A stretch of DNA of 64,000 bases, from positions 669,254 through 733,253 of the forward strand of contig JAKLDG010000001.1 of the NCBI GenBank assembly GCA_022703645.1. Reading direction: 5' to 3'. The stretch comes from Patescibacteria group bacterium. Lineage in GTDB: Bacteria > Patescibacteriota > JACPGU01. The position numbers were made by a program, and so were the translations under genes. The notes under the pieces are model-generated. The model ran no database searches and was not told where the DNA came from. It worked only from the letters and a program-made list of their open reading frames with translations. Below are positions 31,587 to 40,886 of the stretch, one piece after another (within the stretch, counting starts at the first letter, position 1; each line of letters begins with the position of its first letter).

Positions 31587-32129
31587 TTATAAATAAGGGT
31601 TATCAGTCGATAATAACTCTCGAATTCTATCCGGAATACCACACTTATTGAGATACGTATATGTTGATAAAGGAACTAATGCTTCCCAATTCTTATGCTT
31701 TAATATTCTATTTCTTATCTCGGTCCCTGAATACTTTTTTCTTTGATACAAGGAGTGTTCGGAAACACGATACCCACTATCCATAAAAAGTAATTTAGTG
31801 AAAGGACTAGCAGTAACTACTTCGTCAAATTTTCCAACTCTTTTTGCCACATAGTCTGCCCAGAGAGAATTGGTAGCTATATCGGGAAGAGAAATAATAG
31901 AATACCGTGTCTTTTTTATTTTATGAGAAGAAAAAAATCTTTCTATCATTTCTTCCCTTTCATAGAAAGTCATCGGATTTTTCAAAGTATAATCATCTTG
32001 TGAACTTCCTACTCCAATTATTACTTTTTTAAAATTTTCTAAACATTTCTGAACAACATAGAGATGACCATTATGAAACGGCTGAAAACGACCGACTATA
32101 AGGCATTTTTTGTTTTTGTTTGCTTTCAC
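31587..32129 (-). CDS. nicotinamide-nucleotide adenylyltransferase, archaeal NadM-like cytidylyltransferase fold
   Basis: GRFQPFHNGH (HxGH) motif and ~180-aa length. Confidence 0.7.
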   Translation of the reverse strand: MKANKNKKCLIVGRFQPFHNGHLYVVQKCLENFKKVIIGVGSSQDDYTLKNPMTFYEREEMIERFFSSHKIKKTRYSIISLPDIATNSLWADYVAKRVGKFDEVVTASPFTKLLFMDSGYRVSEHSLYQRKKYSGTEIRNRILKHKNWEALVPLSTYTYLNKCGIPDRIRELLSTDNPYL

Positions 32130-32141
32130 TATGTCATTATT

Positions 32142-32861
32142 TTACCACATATTTACCAAATATCCAAGAGATACAATACAAGCAGTTTCTGCTCTTAAGA
32201 CATTTTGATTTAATGAACAAAAGAAGAAGCTATTCTTATGCATCAGATCTAACTCATGATCACTAAAACCACCTTCTGGCCCAATATAAATATTAATATT
32301 TTTATCTTTATTAAATTTTAATTCACTAATGCTCGGACTTAAAGGACCTTCACATACTATATTTATATCTTTTGATACAGCATCAAAAATATTCTTGAGA
32401 TTCTGCGGATCTTTAATCTGAGGCAATGTATTTCTTCCACACTGTTCACTTGCTTCGCGTACAATACTTTTCCAACGCTCTTTTACTCCAGAAGCTTTTA
32501 TCACACTGTTCTGATAAAGAATCGGGCAAAATGCATCCACCCCTATTTCAGTACATTTTTCTAGAATAAGATCGATATTCTTGCCTTTAAGCAATGGCAT
32601 ATAGAGCACAATTTTCCTATTATTATTTGTTTTATTAAGCATTTTTTCGATAACTTTCCCCTGAATCATATTTTTCCCCAGTTCTTCTATTTGAACCTGA
32701 TATTCATACCCACTATTATCTAAGACACTAATAGTACCGCCTTTTTTCAATCTAAAAACTTTTCTTACTTGATTAATTAGATCTTTATTCTCATTTACAA
32801 AAATATCCCCGATAATGTTTTCAGGATGCACAAAGAATCTATAGTGGTGTTCTCTACTCAT
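32142..32861 (-). CDS. rsmE: 16S rRNA (uracil1498-N3)-methyltransferase RsmE (SPOUT)
   Basis: N-terminal RFFV PUA-like start, C-terminal GPEGGFSDHE SPOUT motif. Confidence 0.7.
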   Translation of the reverse strand: MSREHHYRFFVHPENIIGDIFVNENKDLINQVRKVFRLKKGGTISVLDNSGYEYQVQIEELGKNMIQGKVIEKMLNKTNNNRKIVLYMPLLKGKNIDLILEKCTEIGVDAFCPILYQNSVIKASGVKERWKSIVREASEQCGRNTLPQIKDPQNLKNIFDAVSKDINIVCEGPLSPSISELKFNKDKNINIYIGPEGGFSDHELDLMHKNSFFFCSLNQNVLRAETACIVSLGYLVNMW

Positions 32862-32990
32862 AAAAACGTTTTTTAATATTAAGACCCTACAAATATATTA
32901 TATATCAATCTGAAAAAATCCGCATATTTTATAAACTTAAAAGAGCTCCTTAAAACTAAGTAGCTCCTTTAAGCTTCCATCCTAATAAAA

Positions 32991-33200
32991 CTATTTCTTC
33001 TTAACCATTGGAAGACCAGTTCTTGCGTTCTCAATAACTTTCATTCCTGCTGGTAGATCATCAAGAGCGAATTTTGGGTTCATTTTGTCTTTTCCAGAAA
33101 ACCAGAAAATTACTTGTTTTCTGCCACCCTTTAAGGTAACTTCCTTTGAGTGTAGGAAATAATCCTTTCCACTCTTTTTGCTCTTTACAGAATAAGCCAT
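32991..33200 (-). CDS. small basic hypothetical protein (69 aa)
   Basis: Strong SD (caggaggtcaaaATG); no recognised domain. Confidence 0.4.
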   Translation of the reverse strand: MAYSVKSKKSGKDYFLHSKEVTLKGGRKQVIFWFSGKDKMNPKFALDDLPAGMKVIENARTGLPMVKKK

Positions 33201-33593
33201 TTTGACCTCCTGCTTGTCTCTCTTAAGAGAGACTTACTGTTATTTTATTAATAAACTAAACCATATTGCAACTTTGGTTTTCCCCAAATCAAACCTGTTG
33301 CTAACCTTATTATACCTGTAGCAAACCTGTAAGTCAAAGTATTTACAGGTTAAATATTTTTTGACCATACTAATACCTAACTATTAATTACGGAATTAAA
33401 AAGACCATAAAAAAATAGCTTTTTGAAGCTATTTTTAAATCCTATCTCTTATGGCTAAAAAATATACCAGAATTTTCGCATTATGTGAGCTGCTATTCGA
33501 TCCTTAATGTTTACTGCTTATTTTATTATTAATTCTATGAATCTGATAAAAGATATCCCCAAGTCTATCCCCCCTGAAAAAAACGTTTTAATA

Positions 33594-34715
33594 TTAGTAA
33601 CTATAAATATCTACTGTTCTGCCGGCCGAATCTTTTAGTGTTGCAGGCTCTCCAACTCTATTCCAAACACTATCTGTTGTATTAAATGAAAAACCACCTT
33701 TCCCTGTGTTTACTCGGACAGTAGCTCCAGCGTTTAGAATAAAGGAAGGAAATATAAAACCATGTCCATCCGAATCAGAAACAGACCATCCAGTTAGGTC
33801 TTTACTCTCATCTCCAGTATTTCGGATTTCAATGAATTCATCACCTCCGTCATTTCCAACATCGGCAGCATATTTTAGATAGCTAATTATAACTTTTGAT
33901 GGATAAATTGTTATTGGCTGTGAAGGTTCTTCTGAACTCTGACCACCATTTGATGGCAAATTATCTGATGAATTATTATCCCCGCTTGAAGCACCATTTT
34001 GAGTAGAATTATTATTGGTACTACTTGATAAATTATCAGAATTACTCGAGCTTGGACTATTTCTTGCACTACTGCTACCATTTGCATCCTCATCATATTT
34101 AATTTCAATCTCTTTCTCTGTTTGTTTCATACCATTATCCGCAACTACTTTTATCGTATTGTCTTCCTCTGTTAATGAGACAGTCGTTTCAAAAAATCCT
34201 TCTTTAACAGGAACTTCTTTATCATTAACAAAAATTTTTGTCCCGCCATCATCTGTTTTACCCTTGACTAAGATCTCATTTTTATTTACTGTCTCACCAC
34301 TACTTGGTGAAATTATATCAAGATTTGGAGCAGGAGACACATATGAAATAACTTCTCTATATATAACACTACCAGCCGAATTGGTAACCTCCACAGTATT
34401 TTTCCCATCATTTAGAGCAATAGTAAAAGAAAACCTTCCCGATCCGTCGCTGGTAATATCTTTTATTTTTATCTTATTTACAAAAACAGAAAGATTCTCA
34501 CTATCTTTCGCGCCAGTACCAACGATATCAACTGTTGAAGTAGTAGCTGTTCTTTCTTTTGCAATAAGGCCCCCGCTTCGTCCACCTATCATAGGTGCGA
34601 TAACCGCCGAAGCAAACAAAATTATTAATAAAAATAAAATTAATAATAATATCTTTTTCCATTTCCCACTTTTCTTTTTTTCAAAAATCGTGTCGAGGTT
34701 TCTATCTTCTACCAT
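33594..34715 (-). CDS. membrane-anchored surface protein: Ig-like domains, S/N-rich linker, C-terminal lamin-tail domain (LTD)
   Basis: N-terminal TM; low-complexity SSSNSDNLSSSTNNNS linker; LTD-like EFIEIRNTGDESKDLTGWSV. Confidence 0.55.
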   Translation of the reverse strand: MVEDRNLDTIFEKKKSGKWKKILLLILFLLIILFASAVIAPMIGGRSGGLIAKERTATTSTVDIVGTGAKDSENLSVFVNKIKIKDITSDGSGRFSFTIALNDGKNTVEVTNSAGSVIYREVISYVSPAPNLDIISPSSGETVNKNEILVKGKTDDGGTKIFVNDKEVPVKEGFFETTVSLTEEDNTIKVVADNGMKQTEKEIEIKYDEDANGSSSARNSPSSSNSDNLSSSTNNNSTQNGASSGDNNSSDNLPSNGGQSSEEPSQPITIYPSKVIISYLKYAADVGNDGGDEFIEIRNTGDESKDLTGWSVSDSDGHGFIFPSFILNAGATVRVNTGKGGFSFNTTDSVWNRVGEPATLKDSAGRTVDIYSY

Positions 34716-34782
34716 ATTTCTAAATTAAAATATTTATTTATTATATTTTATAACCAAGCACAAAATAACTCAAGACAAATGG

Positions 34783-36600
34783 TTATTTAATCTTACTAAG
34801 TTTTCGGGCAAGCTTTTCAGTTTCTTCTAAAAGATTTTCCATTTCATCCAACCCTTCGTTCCAAAATTCTTTTTTTGTTATATCAATACCAATTGTTTTG
34901 AAAATATTTTTGGGCGAATCAGAATTTCCAGCTGAAAGAAAATATTTTACTTTTTCAATTTCATTTGGATCTTTCTTCACACGATTTTGCAATGATTTGG
35001 AAATTAAAATACCGCTCACGTATGAATACACATAAAAATAATATCGAATGTGACTCCAATACACCCACCAATTCTGTGAACCAGATAACTGCTCGACAAA
35101 TGACCCCATGTACGCTTTCATATTTTTTTGGAAAATCCTTCCAATGTCTTTTTTTGTCAAATATCCAGTCTTGCGGTATTGCATATGAAGATCTTTTTCC
35201 AAAATATAACAAGCCGTTTGTCTTTGAATCGTTGAAACATCATCATTAAGCCTTGTCATTAGAAGACTAAAACGTCCTTCATCATTTATACCAGATAATA
35301 ACCTGTGAAAAATAAAATCTTCCATAAAGGTACTAGCGACTTCGGCAACTGCCATCGATATTCCATAGTGGAGCGCGTTGGTTTTTTTCGCCATTTTCAT
35401 AAACTTATCATTAATCGCATGCCCGATTTCATGAGCCATAGTTGTGACATCATTTAATCTTCCGGTAAAATTCATAGAAATAAATGTTGGTAAATTTATA
35501 CCATTGTCGGAACAATATGCCCCTCCTCTTTTTCCTTTCTTTGGCAAAAAATCTATTCTTCCGTTTTCAACAAAATCTTTAAAGATACTACCAAACTGTT
35601 TATCGAGACCATTCAAAACTTTATAATTCAATTCAATCGCTTCAGAAATACTATATTTTTTATCCAATTCTCCAATTGGGACGTTTCTTTCATGATATTT
35701 TAATTTCTTAACACCAAGAAGTTTGGCTTTTAATTTATAAAACCTCTTTGATATATCAAATCTTCTTTCGATTGTTTCGATTAAAACGTCAACAACCTCA
35801 CTCTCAATATCATCAGAAATATGGCGAGCAAGATCAGGTCTATCACGACCGCGCAATTCATCTTCGACTTTCAGATCTTGTAAAATTGAATTAATTTCCC
35901 ACTCAGCAACATCAGAATTTTTTTCTAAAATATCATTTACATTTTTTGCAGCCTCATTACGAACCTTTTTGCTCTTACTGCTTACTAACGCAAGTAACTC
36001 TTCAAATCCTCTTATTTTCTTTTTTCCATCTTCACCAATGCAGTTTCTTTGTTCCTTAGAAATAAATGAGGAACGCATATTTTTCCAATTGCTATACGCG
36101 GTTTGAGATTTAAGATTATCTATTTTTTCTTGCGCTTCACTCAGATAATACTTCGCCTCACGAAAAATCATTTCCAGAAAATGCCTGTATTTTTGCAACT
36201 CTTTATTTTTTAAAAAAACATTTTGGTTTTTCAAATCAATCTTTCCTATATCAAGAATAAAAAAATTCATTTTATTAATTAGTTCCACCATCAAATCATC
36301 GGCTTTTTGCATTTTTGCCTTTACTTTGCCATCAAGCTGATTGTCACTATTTCTTAAGAAAAAATAAAAAGACTCCCGCGAGTTAGCCCCATAGTTCCGC
36401 ATCCAAAGTTCGTAATCATCCAGAGCCTCTCTCAGTTTTTTTGGGTCTGTAAGATATCTTTTATTCTCTTTCCATTTTTTTACAAAACCATCAACTACCT
36501 TCTCGCACTTTTTTCTTTCCACTTCAATATTTGGATCATTATCGCTTTTGAAAAGTGGCGAAAGATCCCAAGAGGTTTTAAATGAGGTAATTTCTTTCAT
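34783..36600 (-). CDS. oligoendopeptidase F (M3B family)
   Basis: HEIGH zinc motif (MAHEIGHAIND) and M3B length; ORF track starts at a TTG (36618), first ATG at 36600. Confidence 0.85.
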   Translation of the reverse strand: MKEITSFKTSWDLSPLFKSDNDPNIEVERKKCEKVVDGFVKKWKENKRYLTDPKKLREALDDYELWMRNYGANSRESFYFFLRNSDNQLDGKVKAKMQKADDLMVELINKMNFFILDIGKIDLKNQNVFLKNKELQKYRHFLEMIFREAKYYLSEAQEKIDNLKSQTAYSNWKNMRSSFISKEQRNCIGEDGKKKIRGFEELLALVSSKSKKVRNEAAKNVNDILEKNSDVAEWEINSILQDLKVEDELRGRDRPDLARHISDDIESEVVDVLIETIERRFDISKRFYKLKAKLLGVKKLKYHERNVPIGELDKKYSISEAIELNYKVLNGLDKQFGSIFKDFVENGRIDFLPKKGKRGGAYCSDNGINLPTFISMNFTGRLNDVTTMAHEIGHAINDKFMKMAKKTNALHYGISMAVAEVASTFMEDFIFHRLLSGINDEGRFSLLMTRLNDDVSTIQRQTACYILEKDLHMQYRKTGYLTKKDIGRIFQKNMKAYMGSFVEQLSGSQNWWVYWSHIRYYFYVYSYVSGILISKSLQNRVKKDPNEIEKVKYFLSAGNSDSPKNIFKTIGIDITKKEFWNEGLDEMENLLEETEKLARKLSKIK

Positions 36601-36616
36601 TAGAATTTTTTTATTC

Positions 36617-36757
36617 AAACTGGATTTAATGGACGAAATCCGAACTTTTTTTCAAAATAATCCGGATTCCGAATGAATGAATTTGCGGGGCGTCCTGTGG
36701 GGGGGGCAGGATCGCCCCGCCTGAATCCCAAAATCCAAAATTTCCGCCGCCGCTTTT
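36617..36757. repeat. IR-A, 141-bp arm of a perfect inverted repeat (partner 39007-39147)
   Basis: Exact reverse complement of 39007-39147 on base-by-base reading; contains GC-rich hairpin gcggggcgtcctg-tggggggg-caggatcgccccgc. Confidence 0.85.
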
Positions 36758-36808
36758 ATTGTTTTATTTTATTATAACAAAAAACAATAAGAGAACAAAG
36801 CGATTCGA

Positions 36809-37561
36809 TTATTTCTTTTTGAGAGCATCCCAGAGAAGATTAAATACTATTCTTTGGTTGCTTGCGATTTCTTCGGATTCTATAATGATTCCGATCTTAT
36901 CTTTTTGAAAAGACATAATTGCAACCTTATTCTGATAAATATTAATTTCATTAGTCATCGGAAATTGATCAGCAGGCAAGGCAATGGTTTTGCGCAATTC
37001 CTTTTTGTTTTCTTTAATATGTATTTTTGAATAACTATCAAATGGTAATAAACCTCGCGCACTAATCTTCTTTTTAACCCTTCTCTTTACATATGACTTC
37101 AAAAAACTTTCCGGGATGATTCTATATGCTTCTTCAAAACCAGCATAAGCTAGAATCTCAGAACCGCTGGGCTGATTAAGCGTGTCTTCGTAAACTTTTT
37201 TGATTCCTTCAACCCCTTCGTAGAATCTAACCTTTGGTTTTGACTTATCTTCTCTTTGACCAAGAATATTATTGAGATCAGGTGTAATTTGATTCACAAT
37301 ATCTTTTTGTTTTTCAATAACTCGTTCTAATTCCTTGGGGTCAGCTACATCATATAGCTTTCTTCCGCCTACGGCAGTTTCAATAATAAAACTTCGATTC
37401 TTTAGAGTATCTAGAAATGAATATACTGTAGTTCTCTTAATACCTGATTTTAAAGCAATTTGAGTAATGTTTGCAGGACCAAATTCTAACAGAGATAAAT
37501 AGATTTTTGACTCTTTATCATTAAGGCCGAGTTGTTCTAATAGCGGAACTATTGTTCTCAT
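36809..37561 (-). CDS. TrmB-family transcriptional regulator (wHTH + TrmB C-domain)
   Basis: N-terminal LSLLEFGPANITQIALKSGIKRTTVYSFLDTL. Confidence 0.7.
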   Translation of the reverse strand: MRTIVPLLEQLGLNDKESKIYLSLLEFGPANITQIALKSGIKRTTVYSFLDTLKNRSFIIETAVGGRKLYDVADPKELERVIEKQKDIVNQITPDLNNILGQREDKSKPKVRFYEGVEGIKKVYEDTLNQPSGSEILAYAGFEEAYRIIPESFLKSYVKRRVKKKISARGLLPFDSYSKIHIKENKKELRKTIALPADQFPMTNEINIYQNKVAIMSFQKDKIGIIIESEEIASNQRIVFNLLWDALKKK

Positions 37562-37690
37562 AGTGTTGACATTATTTTCGTCACTAGCATTATATTTTGT
37601 ATTTAACCTGATGTCAACAGTGTATTTTTACAGGGTAATTGACGGAATATATTGAATTGGCAGTGTGTAAAATCAGTGACAAAAGTATTG

Positions 37691-37719
37691 ACAACGTCTT
37701 TGATTTGTGCTATAATGTA
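37691..37719 (+). promoter_or_regulatory. canonical sigma70 promoter with ~120-nt GC-rich leader upstream of the 37847 ORF
   Basis: TTGACA - 17 bp - TATAAT; leader ...ccctcgtaccgcctatcgcggacgaaatctacgccggcgggctaaaaacgcggagaaactaaaATG. Confidence 0.45.
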
Positions 37720-37846
37720 TTCGTAAAGATGAGAGATGGAAATAACGGTTGCAAGACGAACCTTCACAATAGCAAACAAAAAACCCTCGTACCGCCTATC
37801 GCGGACGAAATCTACGCCGGCGGGCTAAAAACGCGGAGAAACTAAA

Positions 37847-38149
37847 ATGAACAAGAAACTAGCTCTGATTGTAGATTTTATCACAGAAGTACACTCGAAA
37901 GAGATAGGTTGTATGTGCTGTGCTGATACTAATGAGGGAAATGACATGGTGGGACGCCTTAACAAGGCTATCGTGGCTATGCTCAATGCATTGTTAAGTG
38001 AGGAAGAGAAGTTGAAGTATGCAACAAAATTTCAAAGTTGCTATGAGCACGACGGTAGTGGCAAGGGCATTGTTATAAAAACGGTTGTTGGGGGCCATTG
38101 TATTTCAAAGTCAGGGTTTATCGCAACTTTGAAAGAAATTATGACCTAA
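37847..38149 (+). CDS. small Cys-rich hypothetical protein (100 aa)
   Basis: SD ggag 8 nt before ATG; CMCC...C...H...GGHC residues suggest metal binding. Confidence 0.45.
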   Translation: MNKKLALIVDFITEVHSKEIGCMCCADTNEGNDMVGRLNKAIVAMLNALLSEEEKLKYATKFQSCYEHDGSGKGIVIKTVVGGHCISKSGFIATLKEIMT

Positions 38150-38258
38150 TAATTTACTGGTTTAACGGTTTTCCTTAAAAACCGTTTCCATTTAATTACA
38201 AGTTCCCGGTTTCAGAAGCTGTACCATAAACAGCTTCTTTTCTTTATTTCTATTTTTT

Positions 38259-38654
38259 TTAAAGTAGTTCTTTCCCATGTAATATCTCAATTACTTCATG
38301 CCAATCAAAAGCTAATTTAAGATTGATGGCTTCCTCATAAGAAAACCAATTCCAATCATCCGCTTCTTCTTTTTGGATCTTAATATCTCCAGACCAATTT
38401 CCATAAAAACGATATAGAATCATTTCATTTGTTCCCACCATATATGGACCTGTCTTAACAAGTTCCGTTGGTTCAAAATCAAGACCAACTTCTTCTTTGG
38501 TCTCTCGAATGGCGGTTTGCTCAGGAGTTTCTCCTTCGTCGGCCTTACCGCCAGGGCTTGCCCAACAATCTGGAAATACCCTTTCTCGACCTGACCTCTT
38601 AATAAGAAGGATTTTTTTATCTTTAATAATAATTGATGCTGATGCTATTTTCAT
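38259..38654 (-). CDS. NUDIX hydrolase
   Basis: Nudix box GGKADEGETPEQTAIRETKEEVGL. Confidence 0.8.
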   Translation of the reverse strand: MKIASASIIIKDKKILLIKRSGRERVFPDCWASPGGKADEGETPEQTAIRETKEEVGLDFEPTELVKTGPYMVGTNEMILYRFYGNWSGDIKIQKEEADDWNWFSYEEAINLKLAFDWHEVIEILHGKELL

Positions 38655-38658
38655 TTTA

Positions 38659-38865
38659 TTATTTTATTAAATCATCTACTTGTACTTTTAATGCATTTGC
38701 AATCTTTTGCAGAGTTTCAATAGTGGGATTAGTTATGGCGCTGTTTTCAATTTTGATAATTGAATTATAAGAAACCCCCGCTAGCTTCGAAAGACGATCC
38801 TGAGACAAATCTTGGGTCTTTCTGAGCCTTTTAATGTTCTTGCTTATTTTGTTTTCTTTTTTCAT
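38659..38865 (-). CDS. XRE-family helix-turn-helix transcriptional regulator
   Basis: LRKTQDLSQDRLSKLAGVSYNSIIKIENS HTH_3; 4-nt gap to the NUDIX gene on the same strand. Confidence 0.75.
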   Translation of the reverse strand: MKKENKISKNIKRLRKTQDLSQDRLSKLAGVSYNSIIKIENSAITNPTIETLQKIANALKVQVDDLIK

Positions 38866-39006
38866 ACTTGTATTATAATAATAGTATGCTATTATTGTAT
38901 TGAATAAGTTATCTTATAGTAAAATCCTATTATTAAAATACATTATCTCCCCTGTTTTTGCAAGGGAGTCCTTATCACACGCGCACGGGTTGGGTGGGGC
39001 AAGTGT

Positions 39007-39147
39007 GAAAAGCGGCGGCGGAAATTTTGGATTTTGGGATTCAGGCGGGGCGATCCTGCCCCCCCACAGGACGCCCCGCAAATTCATTCATTCGGAATCC
39101 GGATTATTTTGAAAAAAAGTTCGGATTTCGTCCATTAAATCCAGTTT
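39007..39147. repeat. IR-B, inverted partner of IR-A
   Basis: Exact reverse complement of 36617-36757; overlaps repeat R by the 7 bp CCAGTTT. Confidence 0.85.
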
Positions 39148-39226
39148 CCGCTGAAAAATTAAATTCCGAGGGATTTTTTGGCCGAATTTCTGAAATTCCG
39201 AATTAAATTTTTCCAGTATTTTCCAC
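39141..39226. repeat. repeat R, 86-bp arm of a perfect inverted repeat (partner 40675-40760) upstream of the recombinase
   Basis: ccagtttccgctgaaaaattaaattccgagggattttttggccgaatttctgaaattccgaattaaatttttccagtattttccac; a ~38-bp core also occurs 3' of tRNA-Gln(UUG) at 15170-15207. Confidence 0.85.
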
Positions 39227-39280
39227 GAATTTTTTCGAGCCGATCTTTTGCCCAAAAGCGATTAAACAAAAGGAGGAAAT

Positions 39281-40786
39281 ATGAAATATTTTATCTACGC
39301 AAGAAAATCAACAGACGAACCGGAAAGACAAGTTCTTTCTATTGAAGCTCAAATCACAGAGTTGAAAGAACTTGCGGAGCGAGAGCATATTGAAATTGTA
39401 AATACATTTATAGAATCCCAAACGGCCAAAGAACCCGGCAGACCTATTTTCAATAATATGCTCTCGCGAATGGAAAAAGGAGAAGCTCAGGGAATTTTAG
39501 CGTGGCATCCTGATCGTCTTGCTCGCAACTCTGTAGATGGTGGCAGAGTTATCTATCTCATTGATACAGGACATATCACAGCGCTAAAATTTCCGACTTT
39601 CTGGTTCGATCCCACACCGCAAGGAAAGTTTATGTTATCAATCGCTTTTGGGCAATCAAAGTATTACATTGATAATCTTTCGGAGAATGTCAAAAGAGGC
39701 CTAAGACAAAAAGTAAGACACGGAGAACAAGTCGGAGTAGCTCCCACAGGCTATCTCAATGACAAGCTAAATCACAAAATAATTCCCGACCCAGCAAAAA
39801 TTATTTTAATTCAAAAACTTTTTGAAATGTACTCCACAGGAAACCATTCTCTGAAATCTCTCCGAAAGATTATCAATGATCTTGGCTTGACTTCTCGCAA
39901 TAATAAACCGCTTTCAGTTTCCAATGTTCAGTTTATTTTAAGTTCACCTTTTTACTACGGAGCATTTATGTTCAAGGGTGAACTACATCAAGGAAAGCAT
40001 GAGCCAGCAATTTCAAAGAAACTTTTTGATAGATGCCAAGAGATTATGCAAACCAAATCACACAAAGTTACGAAAAGCGTGATAGAATATCCATTTCGCA
40101 AATTGCTTCAATGTGGCGAGTGCGGATGTTCTATAACCAGTGAAATACAAAAAGGTCACAATTATTATCATTGCACCAAGAAGCGCGAAAAGTGTTTTCA
40201 ACCCTACATCCGCGAAGAATCTCTCGCCACAAACATTTGCGAAACACTTCAAAAAGTTTCTTTGAATCCAGATTGGGCTGACGACATGATTCAAACATTA
40301 AATAACGAAAAACAGGACACCGCCCAATCTGATGCCCTTTTTGCTCAAAAGATGAAAAACGAAATCGCAGGACACGACGAGAAACTTCAAGATCTACTTG
40401 ACCTCATGTTGGAGAAAGTAATTTCTAAAGACGAATACACTGCTAAAAAGCAAACCGTGCTCAACCAAAAAATAGACATTCAAGAAAAATTGAAGGTTTT
40501 TGAGCAAAAGGGCAATTGCTGGCTCGAACGTGCGAGAACTTATATTTTAGACGCTAAACAAGCCAAGATTATATCTTTGAATAAGAATTTTTCAGAAATG
40601 AAAAATTTCTTAAAAAAGATCGGCTCGAACCCGCTCCTGCGGGATAGAGAAATTACCATTTCTCTCAAAAATGAGTGGAAAATACTGGAAAAATTTAATT
40701 CGGAATTTCAGAAATTCGGCCAAAAAATCCCTCGGAATTTAATTTTTCAGCGGAAACTGGGAGGCCTGGATTCGAACCAGGGTTAA
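39281..40786 (+). CDS. large serine recombinase (resolvase N-domain + recombinase domain + zinc ribbon)
   Basis: MKYFIYARKSTDEPERQVLSIEAQ... catalytic Ser region; CGECGC...HYYHC zinc ribbon; last ~35 codons lie inside repeat R' and tRNA-Gln(CUG). Confidence 0.85.
   Translation: MKYFIYARKSTDEPERQVLSIEAQITELKELAEREHIEIVNTFIESQTAKEPGRPIFNNMLSRMEKGEAQGILAWHPDRLARNSVDGGRVIYLIDTGHITALKFPTFWFDPTPQGKFMLSIAFGQSKYYIDNLSENVKRGLRQKVRHGEQVGVAPTGYLNDKLNHKIIPDPAKIILIQKLFEMYSTGNHSLKSLRKIINDLGLTSRNNKPLSVSNVQFILSSPFYYGAFMFKGELHQGKHEPAISKKLFDRCQEIMQTKSHKVTKSVIEYPFRKLLQCGECGCSITSEIQKGHNYYHCTKKREKCFQPYIREESLATNICETLQKVSLNPDWADDMIQTLNNEKQDTAQSDALFAQKMKNEIAGHDEKLQDLLDLMLEKVISKDEYTAKKQTVLNQKIDIQEKLKVFEQKGNCWLERARTYILDAKQAKIISLNKNFSEMKNFLKKIGSNPLLRDREITISLKNEWKILEKFNSEFQKFGQKIPRNLIFQRKLGGLDSNQG
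40675..40760. repeat. repeat R', inverted partner of R, abutting and including the 3' CCAG of tRNA-Gln(CUG)
   Basis: Exact reverse complement of 39141-39226. Confidence 0.85.
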
Positions 40787-40827
40787 CGGCTTCAGAGGCC
40801 GCTGTCCTACCACTAGACGATCTCCCA
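40757..40827 (-). tRNA. tRNA-Gln (anticodon CUG)
   Basis: Reverse complement: UGGGAGA-UC-GUCU..GGAC-A-GCGGC-CUCUGAA-GCCGU-UAAC-CCUGG-UUCGAAU-CCAGG-CCUCCCA-G; paralogous to the tRNA at 15074; A7:C66 mismatch in acceptor stem. Confidence 0.75.
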
Positions 40828-40886
40828 TTAAACAAATAAACAATGAATCAAAAAGCAATTAAACAAAAAATTCGATGATTATTTAA

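Larger units (their letters stand above)
36617..40760. mobile_element. ~4.1-kb tRNA-Gln(CUG)-adjacent insertion bounded by 7-bp direct repeats AAACTGG, built from two inverted-repeat-bracketed modules, one carrying a large serine recombinase
   Basis: AAACTGG at 36617-36623 and 40754-40760 (the latter is the tRNA 3' end CCAG+TTT read on the + strand); perfect IRs 36617-36757/39007-39147 and 39141-39226/40675-40760; accessory-type cargo. Confidence 0.5.

Noticed and set aside
37639-37845. 68-aa + strand ORF
   Set aside because: Overlaps the canonical promoter and leader of the 37847 gene; no SD; more likely non-coding 5' region.
38900-39112. 70-aa + strand ORF
   Set aside because: Falls inside inverted repeat IR-B (GC-rich hairpin region); its mirror in IR-A would be antisense, and it has no SD.
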